Assembly (NCBI GenBank): GCA_951406725.2
Contig: OX597834.1
Span: 44,702,001-44,766,000 of the forward strand
Length of the DNA: 64,000 nt
Direction: 5' to 3'
From: Octopus vulgaris
Lineage: Eukaryota
The first letter of the stretch is position 1; each line of letters starts with the position of its first letter. The notes beneath the pieces are model-generated. The model saw nothing but the letters and a program-made list of their open reading frames with translations. It ran no database searches and was not told the DNA's origin. This document shows, in pieces, positions 46,235 to 64,000 of this stretch. The translations under genes and the position numbers were made by a program.

Positions 46235-46815
46235 TTTATTTGCCACAACGGCGAAGGATGGGGGGAAAATACAAAGACAAATTTAAAGTTTCGGGGTTTA
46301 CATATAATGGGAAAAGTGTAAACGGTAAAAATTAAAATAAGGATTCGATGTTTTTACTCATCCTTCTGCTATGTACTAAACGCACATAATGCTTCCGTGC
46401 GTCCAGAACACTATTTTAGTCACCCATAAGTACTGAAGTGCGAGACGTTCTCAAAAATGTTTGTGGACGTCTAAAGAAATCTGAGCTTCCAGCTCCCGTT
46501 GGGGCGTAAACTGCCACCAGTCTAAAGGCAACACCTTCACTACCATTCACATCTAGGACCACCACACTACCATCCAGGCTATGGGATCTAAGGATTCCCT
46601 TGCTATGACGGCTACACTGCCATCCGCTGCCGATAGACCACAAAATAAGAAGACATGGCAGTCTTTGAAAATGGATGCTAGAGCATGTTTTCGGAGAACC
46701 TTGTTTCACTAATGGCAGCCATATCTAAGTCAATGACCAGAGATCATTGAGCAAGTGAACTTGCTTCCAAGCTGATCCCAGGCCATGCACATTCGCACAA
46801 CCCCATTCTCAGCAC
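46235..46815 (-). mobile_element. Internally deleted Tx1-like LINE (endonuclease fragment + 3' end)
   Basis: Minus: GCANVHGLGSAWKQVHLLNDL, VVVLDVNGSEGVAFRLVAVYAP; 3' end gtggcaaataaac. Confidence 0.8.
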
Positions 46816-47349
46816 AGACACGCTACTCGGAGAAAGAAAAAAGAAGAGGTTACTTTCCTTTAATTACGAGAAGCACGGAAAACCCGGGCCTCTTTACTGG
46901 CGAAAATTTCTTTAAAAGGCCCTTCCCATAGACTTTTATCAACTGTTTGTTTTACAATTCCCATACTACGTGGCAATTCTATTCTTATGGGTCTTGTTGA
47001 TTTGGTTGGTGATATTAAGACGACCCACTTGTATCTCGAAGTGTTTCTATGATAAATATAATACATCGCCAAATCAGAATCTTCATATAAAAGTGAACAC
47101 ACGATAACATTATGCATGCCTTGCAATTTATGTGTCACATAAGCATGGAATATGAGTCATGCATAATGTATTTCACACAGAATACAACCCAGAAGCATAA
47201 TGTACTCTATTCATAACACACTCCATATATTATACGCTCCATACATAACGAAGAGCCACACTACACTAATTTATTTAACATTTATGTTTTACTTTGATAT
47301 TTCTTGAAAAAGATACGTGTCTTATTCTTTATCTTGTCTTTTGTTACAG

Positions 47350-47449
47350 GGCCACATGTGGGTGCGGTATTAACTTTTTTGAAGGTGATATACGTGTGAC
47401 GGCATACTGCTCGATCCCAATATTTAGATATTATGGATATAATAAATAA
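47350..47449 (+). CDS. 8-Cys secreted peptide gene B, exon 3 of 3 (EATCGCGINFFEGDIRVTAYCSIPIFRYYGYNK*)
   Basis: Acceptor tcttgtcttttgttacag; GA|G gives Glu; 100 coding nt. Flanking intron and 3' sequence are homologous to gene A exon 3. Confidence 0.88.
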
Positions 47450-48010
47450 TCTTCTTGAATTTAGTTCATGAATCATATCTCATTATTATCTCTGTGTTTT
47501 GACTTTTTTTTCAAATCTTTCATTTATAATTTAAAGTCTTTTGTTTCTAAATTTGGGGAAAATCTATATCGAAACAACCTAGACTGTTGTAATTGTTGAA
47601 AGTATACTGGAGTCGAGAAGATTCTAGAAATCGGTTCGCTTCTTCCCTTTGTAAGTGTAATAGCGTCGGATACGTTAGCAAAATCTATGGCGTTGCTACA
47701 GCTGGGACGGAATAAGTAAATGAGAAAATTATGCGAATAACATGAGAGATGGTAAGTATATAATACCAATACTGTGTAAATATGAATATAAGCAAAACTA
47801 TAAAAATAGGCTCACTGGAAAATGTGGTCCAGCATTATTTATGGCCTAAAGATCGCTTAGAGTATGTAGTTCTAGATAGAATGTGTCCGAAGAAAGTATT
47901 GCTTAAGTTATTCGTCGATATACAAAGACTGAAAGACATTTTAGATAATGTAGCCTTAGACCTTCCATGTCTGAAAGGCATATTAATTATTAATAAGGAT
48001 CTATATACAA

Positions 48011-48409
48011 CTAGCAGTATCGCCCGGCGTTGCTCGGGTTTGTAAGGGAAATAACTATATAAGCATTTTTAGAGATGTAAAGTATAATAGCCATCTCAAT
48101 ATGGCTAACCACAAAGGGGGGTGTTACTGTAGCTTTTTACGTTCTGATATTTAATAATACATTTTTAGAGAGTTACTTCCCTTATATAAACCGAGCGAAA
48201 ATGCATTAAAAATGCAGAAAAATTATGGTAATTTTGTTTTTAAATCGTGGACTCATCGTAGACGCGCGCTAATACCCAGAAAGGCTTGATATGAATCACG
48301 ACTATAAGATACCCGCTTTTGGTTAAACTGCACCGCAAAATGTGGGAGTAGTTAGGAATCTAAATCGTAGGAGACAGACAACACACATCCTCACTTTTAT
48401 ATATATAGA
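48011..48409 (-). mobile_element. Complete non-autonomous Helitron
   Basis: Minus strand A|TCTATATAT ... cccgagcaacgccggg hairpin ... CTAG|T. Confidence 0.88.
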
Positions 48410-49077
48410 TTTGAACCAATATTTTGGAAAATCTACGGGAAGGTAATTGCTGATTGTTATTATTCGAGACAGAATGTGTAATTTCACTTTTTTGGAGAGG
48501 ACACATTTTTGGGGGTTACATTTTTTGGGAGGTTAAATGTTATAGTATCTATATTACGAATTTATAAATTCATGAATGGAAGTAGTGAAATAAAATATGA
48601 AGAGAGTTGGCTGTGCGCCCCTGAATTAAAATATTTACAAACTTGTTTATGCGTTCATATTCAAGCAGGGTTGAATATAGTCTCTTTATTTATTTGTTCT
48701 TGAATAGAGATTGCTTCCTTGCATTGGTAGATGGTGAAAATCGTGAAATTTGGTTAGAGATTCCTCGCACATTTCTCTATTTGTTCGCTCAATGGCATCT
48801 GTCATACCTTTGGAAATGAATTTCATTCTTGACTGCTTTAATCAAAATATCAAAGAGTAGGAGTTGCATTTTCCTGTACTCCCTGGTAAAAAAATAGGGA
48901 TTTATAGAATATGATAGTGATAATTCATAACTTCGTGACACAAAAATTTTATAGTTACTCTCCGAAAGAGTGTGAGCCACAAAAAAATTGTTCCCCTGCA
49001 AAAGAGTGCAATAACCTCCATTGTCCCGAATGATAACAATCACCAGTTACCTCCCCTATCTATCTATCTATCTATCG

Positions 49078-52000
49078 ACTGACGTGTTGTCACATCGGCT
49101 CCGAAGGTAATCATTTATTTTGACTATATATAGCCCATATTTTGTTTACATTTTTGTAAATAAGGTGTGTAAAGCACCCAACTTTCGTTTGAGTGCTTTT
49201 CCAAGGGAGGAATTAGCCCCTAGGGGCAGTTTCACCCCTGATTATATTGTATATTTTTCTTCTCGACAATAAAAATTTCGAGGAATTTTATTGTAGAACG
49301 CTGGTCGAATTCCTTTATGGACCAGCATTTTCCTAGCCTTGAAACGCTAGGAGAAAAAAAGAACTTATGCACGCACACACAATCGACAAAGACAAACCTG
49401 AGTGACGTGGAAGTGAACGCTACAACCACTTTCGGTAACAGCCCTGTCACCACCACCACCACCACCACCACCAACATAAATGATAAAAATGAAACTCACG
49501 AAAATACTATTAACAAAAACAACAACAAGAAGAACAACAACAACAAAAATGAAATAAATATTTTATCATCTAATAGTGAAGATATTAATATAACAGAATC
49601 AACAGTACCTGAAAAAACCACGTCCAAGAATATTTCGGATAAAACAACAACAAAAACACACAACGACAACAACTGCCAGAATATAACAGTAAATTTCGCT
49701 GACACTCTGCGTCAGAAAAAAGAAATAATAAAATTTATGAATGAAGAGTTAATAGAAACGAGGGCACTCTTTACAACCCAAGGGCAGGATTTAGTGCTGC
49801 ATACACCTCAACACATAAAGGAACAAATAGAAAATAAGACAATTATATATAAAATTATAAAAAAAACAAAAAACAAAATGAACAGATAACAAAAACAGAC
49901 ATAGAAAAGTGTTTAAAAACATAATGAAAAAAAAGAATTTATAAACTGGGGTCCCCAATTTAATACAGTGGTGGTCCGCTTCCCTAACCAGGAAGTGGCA
50001 AAAGCTCACTCTACGGAATCTTTGCAAAATGATGAAATCATCATGATACCATATTACAAAGGCCAAAGACTGAGCAAAATTAGCATAAAAAATGTACCAC
50101 CGGAGATACCTGACAAATGGATAACGGGAGCGATATGTTACCATTTAAAAACTATAAACATTTTAGAGATTGCCGTATACAAAAACGACAATTGGGGTTG
50201 TAAATCAATAGAAGTCAGCATCCAGATTGATGGGTCCTCTATCGAGAAACTTCCTAATAAGATTCTTTTAGAAAATGGGCAAAGCCTATATGTTGTGGCA
50301 GAAGGCAAAATGCCAAGATGCTACAACTGAGGCAGCCCAGAACATTTAATTGCAAAGTGCGTTCTGGGACAGAAAAAATAAGACAGAACAAATCAGAAAA
50401 CAAATAAAAAACCTTTGTTGCCGACACAAACACCAACACACTCAATTATGGAACAATGCCAAGAAAAACAACAAACCAGCAAACAAACCCCAACAACATC
50501 ACCAAGAAAAGAAACAGCACCAACACAATCACCGTTGATGTCGCAACCAATTCAACATACTGAAACAAGACCAAAAGATAGACCAACACCAGCACCAAGG
50601 ACGGCAACTAAAAAAGCAGAAAACAGTGACAAGAAGACAAATTCTACCCCTAACACCACAATACACAAACACCGCACAAAACATCAATAATTTCTACAAA
50701 CATACATATTAATGCAAATACTTTGCCTTTACCCCCTTCTGATTCGTCGGACTCGTCGTCCAACGTTGAAAGTTCGATGGAATGGAAAAATAGTCACAAG
50801 GGGTAAAAGGAAAAGATCAAAAAAGCCCACCAAACAAGTAAGTAAAGCAGGGAAATATTTAACTCCGGACAGCATCCCTTTAGACAATCAAAAACTCAAT
50901 GACCCCGCAAAACCACACACACAACTAACAGCAATAGACACAGACAATAAAATCTAACGGATTACATTGCATCCAACACGAACATCTGTGAAGATGACTT
51001 TAAGACAAATAATCATCCACGCACCACACCACCGAAACACATAAGAATTGTGCACATAACACAAACACAACACCATATCCTGAAAACCATATTTCCAAAT
51101 GCGGTCGGGGGGTTTCAGAGATACCTCTCAGAAAAACTATTCAAACACCTCCTCAAAGACACTACAAAAGAAGAAAAAAAACTGAAACTTTCGAAATGAG
51201 TGAGTGACCTGCCCTCTTGGCCTCTTGTCTCTTCCAATGTAGTGTGTGAAACACAAATTTCTTAAACGTCAATTATGCTTAAATTAGGTTTTGTGAATGC
51301 GCGTGGCTTGGCGTCGGCTTGGAAACAAGGTCACCTTCTAAACGACATCAAGTCACTGAACGTGGATATAGTAGCTATCAGTGAAACCAGACTCAGTAAG
51401 CCACGGGCCCTCGCGTCCATGTTTGGCGATCAAATCGACATTTATTTTTCTCCCTGTCTGCCGAACATGGGTGGTGGAGGTACCGCAGTGCTTTTTCGAA
51501 AGTGTCTAAATGTAAAAGTAAGAACAATATTCCTAGACCCGGAGTGTAGGCTGGTTGTCTTGGACGTGGATGGCAGAAATGGGTGTGCATTCCGTCTGAT
51601 GGCAGTTTATGCACCGTCCTTAACGGGTCGGGCGGATTTCTTCAGACGTCTAGAGGTTTTCCTGGGTACGTCTAGACCTTTACTGTTAGTAGGGGATTGG
51701 AACGCTACCTTGGACACTCATCTAGATTATGTGGGAATGGATAGGAATAGAAGGGGGTGTAAGTGCCTCAAAGACCTACTCAGACGTTTCCATTTGTCTG
51801 ACAGGGTCGACTTAACCATCCAAACGTGCCAACGTGGACTTGGACAAACCGCGTCGGATTGTCGAGATCTTATCTAGATAGAATTCTATGCAGGACAGCG
51901 GGTAGGGATAGTGTTGGATGTCCACAATTTAAAATAGTCAGCTACACAGATCACAAATTTGTGACGTGTACGCTCGACTTAGATAAGACACATAGACAGG

Positions 52001-54068
52001 GTCCCGGCTACTGGAAACTGAACACGTCGCTCTTAGCGCGGCAGATTTACAGGAACCGGATTAGCGAGTTAATTAAGAGGGCGCTGGCGGGAGCCATCGT
52101 TAACAACCGCTGGTGGTTCGACCTGAAAATGGCAATAAAATCGGAATCAATTAGGTTTAGCAAGGAATTAGCAATAGATAGAAACAGAGTAGAGGGAGAC
52201 CTGGTTAAGAAACTAGAAGAGGCACTTACCACTGGCAGCGCAACCAACGTGCTGGCTTCGAGGATGGCCCTCGACCAACACCTCAACGCCAAGCACGAAG
52301 GTTGCGTCGTCAGAGCTAAAATGCGTGCCTTAAGGAACGAAGTGATCGAAGCTGCGCGACAGGCCCGGGTAGCGGAGGCGCAGCGTGGCAACAGAGCAAC
52401 CATTCGGTCTCTAATAGATCAAAAGGGATGCAGTTTACTCGAACCCGAAAGGATGTGTGAGGCCTTTCAACAGCACTTTGCTCGACTGTTTGGTGCGAGT
52501 GGTGGGTCGGAACGCGGGATGGATTTCATTGCCTACCTGACCGACCTACCGCGGCACTCGGCAAGAGAAGCGGAGTGTTGTGAAAATCTCATCACAGCCG
52601 CTGACGTGCGGGATGCGATGGCGGGCTGCGCGAGGGATAAGTCGCCTGGTTTGGATTGTTTACCCTACGAGCTGTATTGTGAAATGCCAGACTTGTTTGG
52701 CGACCTCTTGGCATCAGTCTACTGCAACTGGCAACAAAACGGGAGAATCCCCGGTTTCGTGAGCCGAGGTGCAGTGACGTTGCTGAAGAAAGATCAAAAC
52801 AAGGGGAATTTTATAGATAATCTCAGGCCCATCAATCTGCTCAACGCAGATTTGAAAGTTTTGGCCAAAGTAATAGCCGAGAGGTTGGCACTTGTCATTG
52901 GTAAACTGGTCGGCAGGGCGCAAACATGCGCCGTGCCGGGCAGAACCATACATGACAACCTCCATCTGATGCGCTACATTGTGGACAGGGTAGTTAAGGA
53001 TACTGGCATGGGTGGGGAGCTGACCAATTTGGATCAGGGTCGACCATCGGTAGTTGGCGGCCGTCCTCAGGGCGGCTGGCTTCGGTCCCGTCTTCCGCGG
53101 TTGGATCGCTGCCTTGTATAGCGGCATCCGATCGGTGATTCGGGTGAACGGTCACCTGTCGAAACCGTTTGACATCACGCGTTCACTCTGTCAGAGGTGT
53201 CCCCTATCGGCGCTTCTGTATGTATTGACTCTCGAGCCGCTACTGCGGAAGCTGGCGACACTGAGGTGCATCCCACGGGAACTGGGTTGCGGGACGAGCG
53301 TGTCGACATATGCGGACGATGTCACCGTCATAGTGTCGAGCGAAAAACACGTCAAGATGATAGGCGAGACACTAAGAAAATATGAAACGGTGACGGGAGC
53401 AAAGATTAACCCGGAAAATCAGTGGGTTTGCTACTCGGCACTTGGAGAAGCAAGCCCATGCCGTCTGACTGCGGCTCAGTAGTGGAACGCTGGACGGACG
53501 GACCGGTTAAATTGCTCGGGGTCTGGTGGACGCGTCTGAAAGGACTGGAGACAAACACTTTCCTCTCTGGTCAATCTCTCATCAACTTCTTCAAGTACCA
53601 CTTGAAGAGGAAAGTGAGAGTAGAGAGGCAAGTGATGGGTGATTGTAGCAAGGATGGCACGTTTGAATGACGAAGCCACCTTGACTATGATCCTATGAAC
53701 CGTAAAAATTAAGACAGAGTGTAGCTTATTTGTAAAAAAAAAAATAACATGTGACTTCATTGACCGAGGTTACCGTGGTCTTTTCCGTAGGCTTTTCTTT
53801 CCACAGGTAAACCTCACCTCTCCTCCCCTTTACACTTTATATTGACATTTCTGTGATAACGATCCCTATTGATCAATTTTTTTTCCTTTATCTTACTTTT
53901 CCTTTCCTTTTTTTTATTTTATCCTCCTCCCCCTTTTTTGTTCACTTTCTTTCAATTTACGATCCCTTTTGATCGAAAACCAAACCCCCCCTTTTTTACC
54001 CCCGAAAGAAAAGCTCTACCTTGTAATTTTCTCCTGTCTGTGTGCAGCCCTGTGTGGCCAAAAAAGAA
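49078..54068 (+). mobile_element. Tx1/L1-clade LINE copy 2, inactivated, with deleted/chimeric 3' part
   Basis: Colinear with copy 1 up to ~53526 (GPVKLLGVW), then jumps to the C-terminal WWTRLKGL region with a different 3'UTR; (TATC)n on both sides. Confidence 0.94.
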
Positions 54069-54146
54069 ACATATCTATCTATATATCTGTCTGTCTGTCT
54101 GTCTGCCTCTCTGTCTGTCTGCCTCTTTGTCTGTCTCTCTGTATAC

Positions 54147-60054
<5,908 letters not shown>

Positions 60055-60625
60055 TGTCATCAGTGTGGATTTCATAATGCCGACACATTACCCAAAGTAG
60101 TTATAGGCCAACTCTGTAATGTCTTGATTTGTACTCTACAGGTGCTAAAACACTACACCTAGACGTTAAGAGATCCACTGTTTCTATCCCATCGTTACAG
60201 TTTCGGCACTTTGTGTCTACGCCAACTTTCATCACGTTGGCTTGATAGTTCTGGGTCAATAAGCTCTGATCTTGAGCAGCCAAAATAATGCCATCACTCT
60301 CTGCCTTTAGCCCTGAGCTCCATAGTCACTGATGGGTGTGCTTCTGGTCTTCATCAACTAGTTTGCTACAGGTCACATATTTGCCATGAAGAGCTTATTG
60401 TTCCCGCCTATCAGCCATATATTCAAGCAAATTTTGCTTTGCTATTGATTTCACAGACTTTGCAACTATAATTGCTTCACTTCCGGAATCATGTTCATCC
60501 TGGATGTTATGCATTAACTCACTAGAAAAGAACTTGCTCTCCTTCATGACAGAATGAAGCTCCTTACTTCTCTTGTAGTTTTCAGCGATCTTTAGAATCC
60601 ACGTGTCAGATATTTCGAGATATTA
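60055..60625 (-). mobile_element. Dong/R4-clade LINE fragment
   Basis: LAAQDQSLLTQNYQ...KCRNCNDGIETVDLLTSRCSVLAPVEYKSRHYRVG. Confidence 0.85.
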
Positions 60626-60831
60626 ACTTACTAATTTGCTCCTTTTTATATTCGTTTGAGGGAAGCGACTTTCTTTTTGTTTGATAAGACTTCGCTTGTG
60701 AAACGTGTTTTTCTCATATTTTCCGTTTGTGCACGTGTGTGTCTTGTAGGCAATATTTATTTTACTTTTTATTATTATTCTTTTTATCATCCTTCTTCTT
60801 TTTCTATTTCTTCCTTTTCTTTTTCTTCTTC

Positions 60832-60899
<68 letters not shown>

Positions 60900-61041
60900 T
60901 AGTACTCTTGTTTTTTATCACGTGATTTCGCTGCACAACCGAAGGTAGGTCTATGTGCATAGTATATGTGGTCTAACTTGTTTCGGTGTTGCTATTTTTA
61001 CTCTATTGAGTTTGCCCCGTAGTGTTACGTTCTGTATGTTA

Positions 61042-61086
<45 letters not shown>

Positions 61087-61131
61087 CCTGTTGATTTTGT
61101 AATGTATTTTTTGCACGTTCTTTAATCATAC

Positions 61132-61350
61132 CTATTTCTTTACTACCCACAAGGGGCCAAACACAGAGAGAACAAACACACTGATTAAGTCGATTATATA
61201 GACCCCAGTGCGTAACTGGTACTTATTTAATCGACCCCGAAAGGATGAAAGACAAAGTCAATCTCGGCGGAATTTGAACTCAGAACGTAACGGCAGAATC
61301 AATACGGCTACGCATTTCGCCCGGCATGCTAACGTTTCTGCCTGCTCGCG
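61132..61350 (-). mobile_element. Cephalopod tRNA-derived SINE
   Basis: Minus head cgagcaggcagaaacgttagcatgccgggcgaaatgcgtagc...gagttcaaattccgccgag. Confidence 0.85.
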
Positions 61351-61742
61351 ACCTTAAATCATACCTATCGCACCAATTAGGCTCCCACATTTGGGTTATC
61401 TGTGTTTCTAAATATTTTGGTTGCCCAAAACCACTAAAAGTTGTGGCGACAGGACTGGGTAGCAAAAGTTCTATACTGGAAACTGTAAGAAAAGTGGGAG
61501 CTACAGAGAGGCAAGACGTAGTAGGAGTGGATTACTCCGCCAATTTTCTATGAGCAAAAATTGAGGGCTGTGTTAGGCCAAACAAACCTCAAATTCATTG
61601 CTACAAGCTGCAGATGGGGAAAACCTAAGGAGTTCCCTAAGGCCCTGCTTAGTTTATATAACGATAAGAAATATAAATTATAATGCAACAGTATAAATAA
61701 CAGCTATTTTACGGAAGCGATTGGTAGGACGTGTATAGGGAC

Positions 61743-61800
<58 letters not shown>

Positions 61801-61818
61801 TAATAATAATAATAATAA

Positions 61819-64000
61819 TGGCTCACGAAGGGGAAAACCATCTTAATTCCCAAATCAAATGAAACAGCAAGACCAGAAAACTACAGACCAATAACCTGCC
61901 TCCCTACTATGTTCAAGGCATTTACTGCAGTGATATCGCAAAGGCTGAACAAGCACCTGGACGAAAACAAACTGACCCCAGAAGAGCAGAAAGGATGCCG
62001 CAAAGGCTCATATGGCTGTAAATATCAACTAATGATTAATAAAGCCATAACTGAAGACAGCCACAGAAAGAAGAAAGGTCTCAGTATGGCCTGGATTGAC
62101 TACAAAAAGGCGTGTGATAGCATCCCCCACACATGGATCCTCGAAACACTAGCCATTAACAAAGTAGCACCAACAATCATAAAATTCATAGAGCACTCTA
62201 TGAATAAATGGCAAACAGTCCTACACCTCCAAACAAAAGAGGGACTCATGAAAACCAAAGACATCCCCATTAGAAGAGGAATATTCCAGGGAGACACGCT
62301 CTCTCCACTCCTTTTCTGCTTGGCACAGTCACCTCTATCTGATATACTAAATAGAACTGGATGCGGATATAAATGTTACGGCAAAACGATCAGCCACCTT
62401 TTATATATGGATGACCTAAAACTATACGCTGCAAATGACAAACAGCTGGAAACACTATTAAAGACAGTTCATGGATTTACCAAAGAAATAGATAAGAAAT
62501 TTGGATTAGAAAAATGCGCCAAAGTAACCATGAAAATAGGAAAACTAGTTAAGAGTAACAACATCACACTAGATAAAACCAATGAAATAAAAGAATTAGA
62601 CCAAAGCCAAACTTACAAATACTTAGGAATCCATGAACTAGATAAGACACAACACACACAAATGAAAGAGAAAATAAAAAAAGAATATTATAGACGAGTT
62701 AGATCAATACTAAAAACAGAGCTCAATGCTAAAAACAAGATAATAGGTATCAACACTTTAGCTGTCCCAGTTATAAGTTACAGCTACAATATCCTTAACT
62801 GGACACGAAATGAACTGACCAAAATAGATAGGAAAACAAGAAAAATAATGACAGGATCTAGGATGCATCACCCAAAATCTGACATAGAAAGACTATATAT
62901 ACAACGTATAGAAGGTGGTAGAGGCCTTATACAGCTGGAAAACTACTATAAAATAACCACCATAGGACTGCAAAAACATCTACTTCAGAAGGAAGGAAAA
63001 CTGATCCAGACAGCGGCGAAACACGAGCAAAACAAAAAACTGTTCTCAGTATTTAAGGAAGCTGACAAATACAAACAAGAAATCATACCACCAAATAAAT
63101 ATGAAGAAGAAGAAGAAGAAGATGAAGAAACAACAAAAGCTATAAAACAAATGAAATCCAAACTAAAAACAGAACAGCAACGAACCATGATAAAACGATG
63201 GCAAGAAAAGCCCCTTCATGGTAAATACTGGACTAAACTAAACGCAAAAGAAATAGACAAAGAAAAATCCCAGCAATGGTTGAGAAGCTCAGGACTCAAA
63301 GCAGAAACAGAGGGATTTTTAATTGCAGCACAAGACCAAAGCCTCCCCACACGAAGTTACCAAAAACATGTAATGAAAAGAAATATTACAAGTAACTGCA
63401 GAATATGTGGAGATGGACAAGAAACAATAAATCATATTATCTCTAGCTGCCCAGTCCTGGCTAAGAAGGAATATATTCACAGACATGACAGAGTTGGAAC
63501 CTACATACATTGGAAGATATGATAACATTATGGAATAACAACAGAAAAAAGATGGTATAGGCACACACCAGAAAAGGTCACAGAAAACGAGAAAGCAACA
63601 TACTCTGGGATATGCCGATACACACAGATAGAGAAATTAAGGCCAACAGACCAGATATAGTTGTCAGAGATCATGAAGAAAAAAAATGCTTTCTAATTGA
63701 TGTATCAATACCGGCAGATGACAACGTGTCTCTAAAAGAAATGGAGAAACTCTCAAAATACAAAGACCTGGAAATAGAGGTAACTAGAATGTGGAATCTG
63801 AAAACAGAAACAATTCCTATCATAGTAGGTGCATTAGGCATGATAAAAAAATATTCAGACAAATACATAACAAAAGCACCAGGACTTACAACACATATAA
63901 CATACAGAAAATTGCACTACTAGGCACTGCACACATCCTACGCAGAACACTTTCCATACAATAACCATCAGAGCATCACAACAAATCACAGCACATACCC
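61819..64000 (+). mobile_element. 5'-truncated Dong/R4-clade LINE (RT, CCHC finger, restriction-like endonuclease), begins in (TAA)n
   Basis: ENYRPITCL, WIDYKKA, RGIFQGDTLSP, LYMDDLKL, CRICGDGQETINHIISSC, RHD, NRPDIVVRD, LIDVSIP and KYKDL; stop at ~63520 and a frameshift at ~63600. Confidence 0.94.

Overview
AT-rich, microsatellite-dense eukaryotic DNA. The SINE, LINE and Penelope repertoire looks like a coleoid cephalopod (Octopus-like); that assignment is inference. Three host genes are missed by the ORF track. One is a minus-strand DUF229-family protein (ATG 1649) that runs off the window start. The other two are a head-to-head pair of paralogous three-exon genes encoding ~85-aa secreted peptides with 8 cysteines: gene A (minus, 36995-30406) and gene B (plus, 39552-47449). 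They share intron phases, exon 2 and exon 3 coding sizes, promoter motif and 3' flank. A third copy of exon 3 (59195-59294) lies in a recent segmental duplication of ~20.6-31.3 kb at ~54.1-60.05 kb. The rest is mobile DNA. It includes two near-full-length Tx1/L1-clade LINEs in (TATC)n, an intact CR1/Proto2-like LINE with a Myb-like + 2xCCCH ORF1 inserted in (TA)n, Dong/R4 LINEs in (TAA)n, Tc1/mariner, Helitron, Gypsy and Penelope remnants, and tRNA-derived SINEs. Several Penelope-type hammerhead ribozyme motifs are also present, two with intact catalytic cores. All alignments and translations were done by eye.
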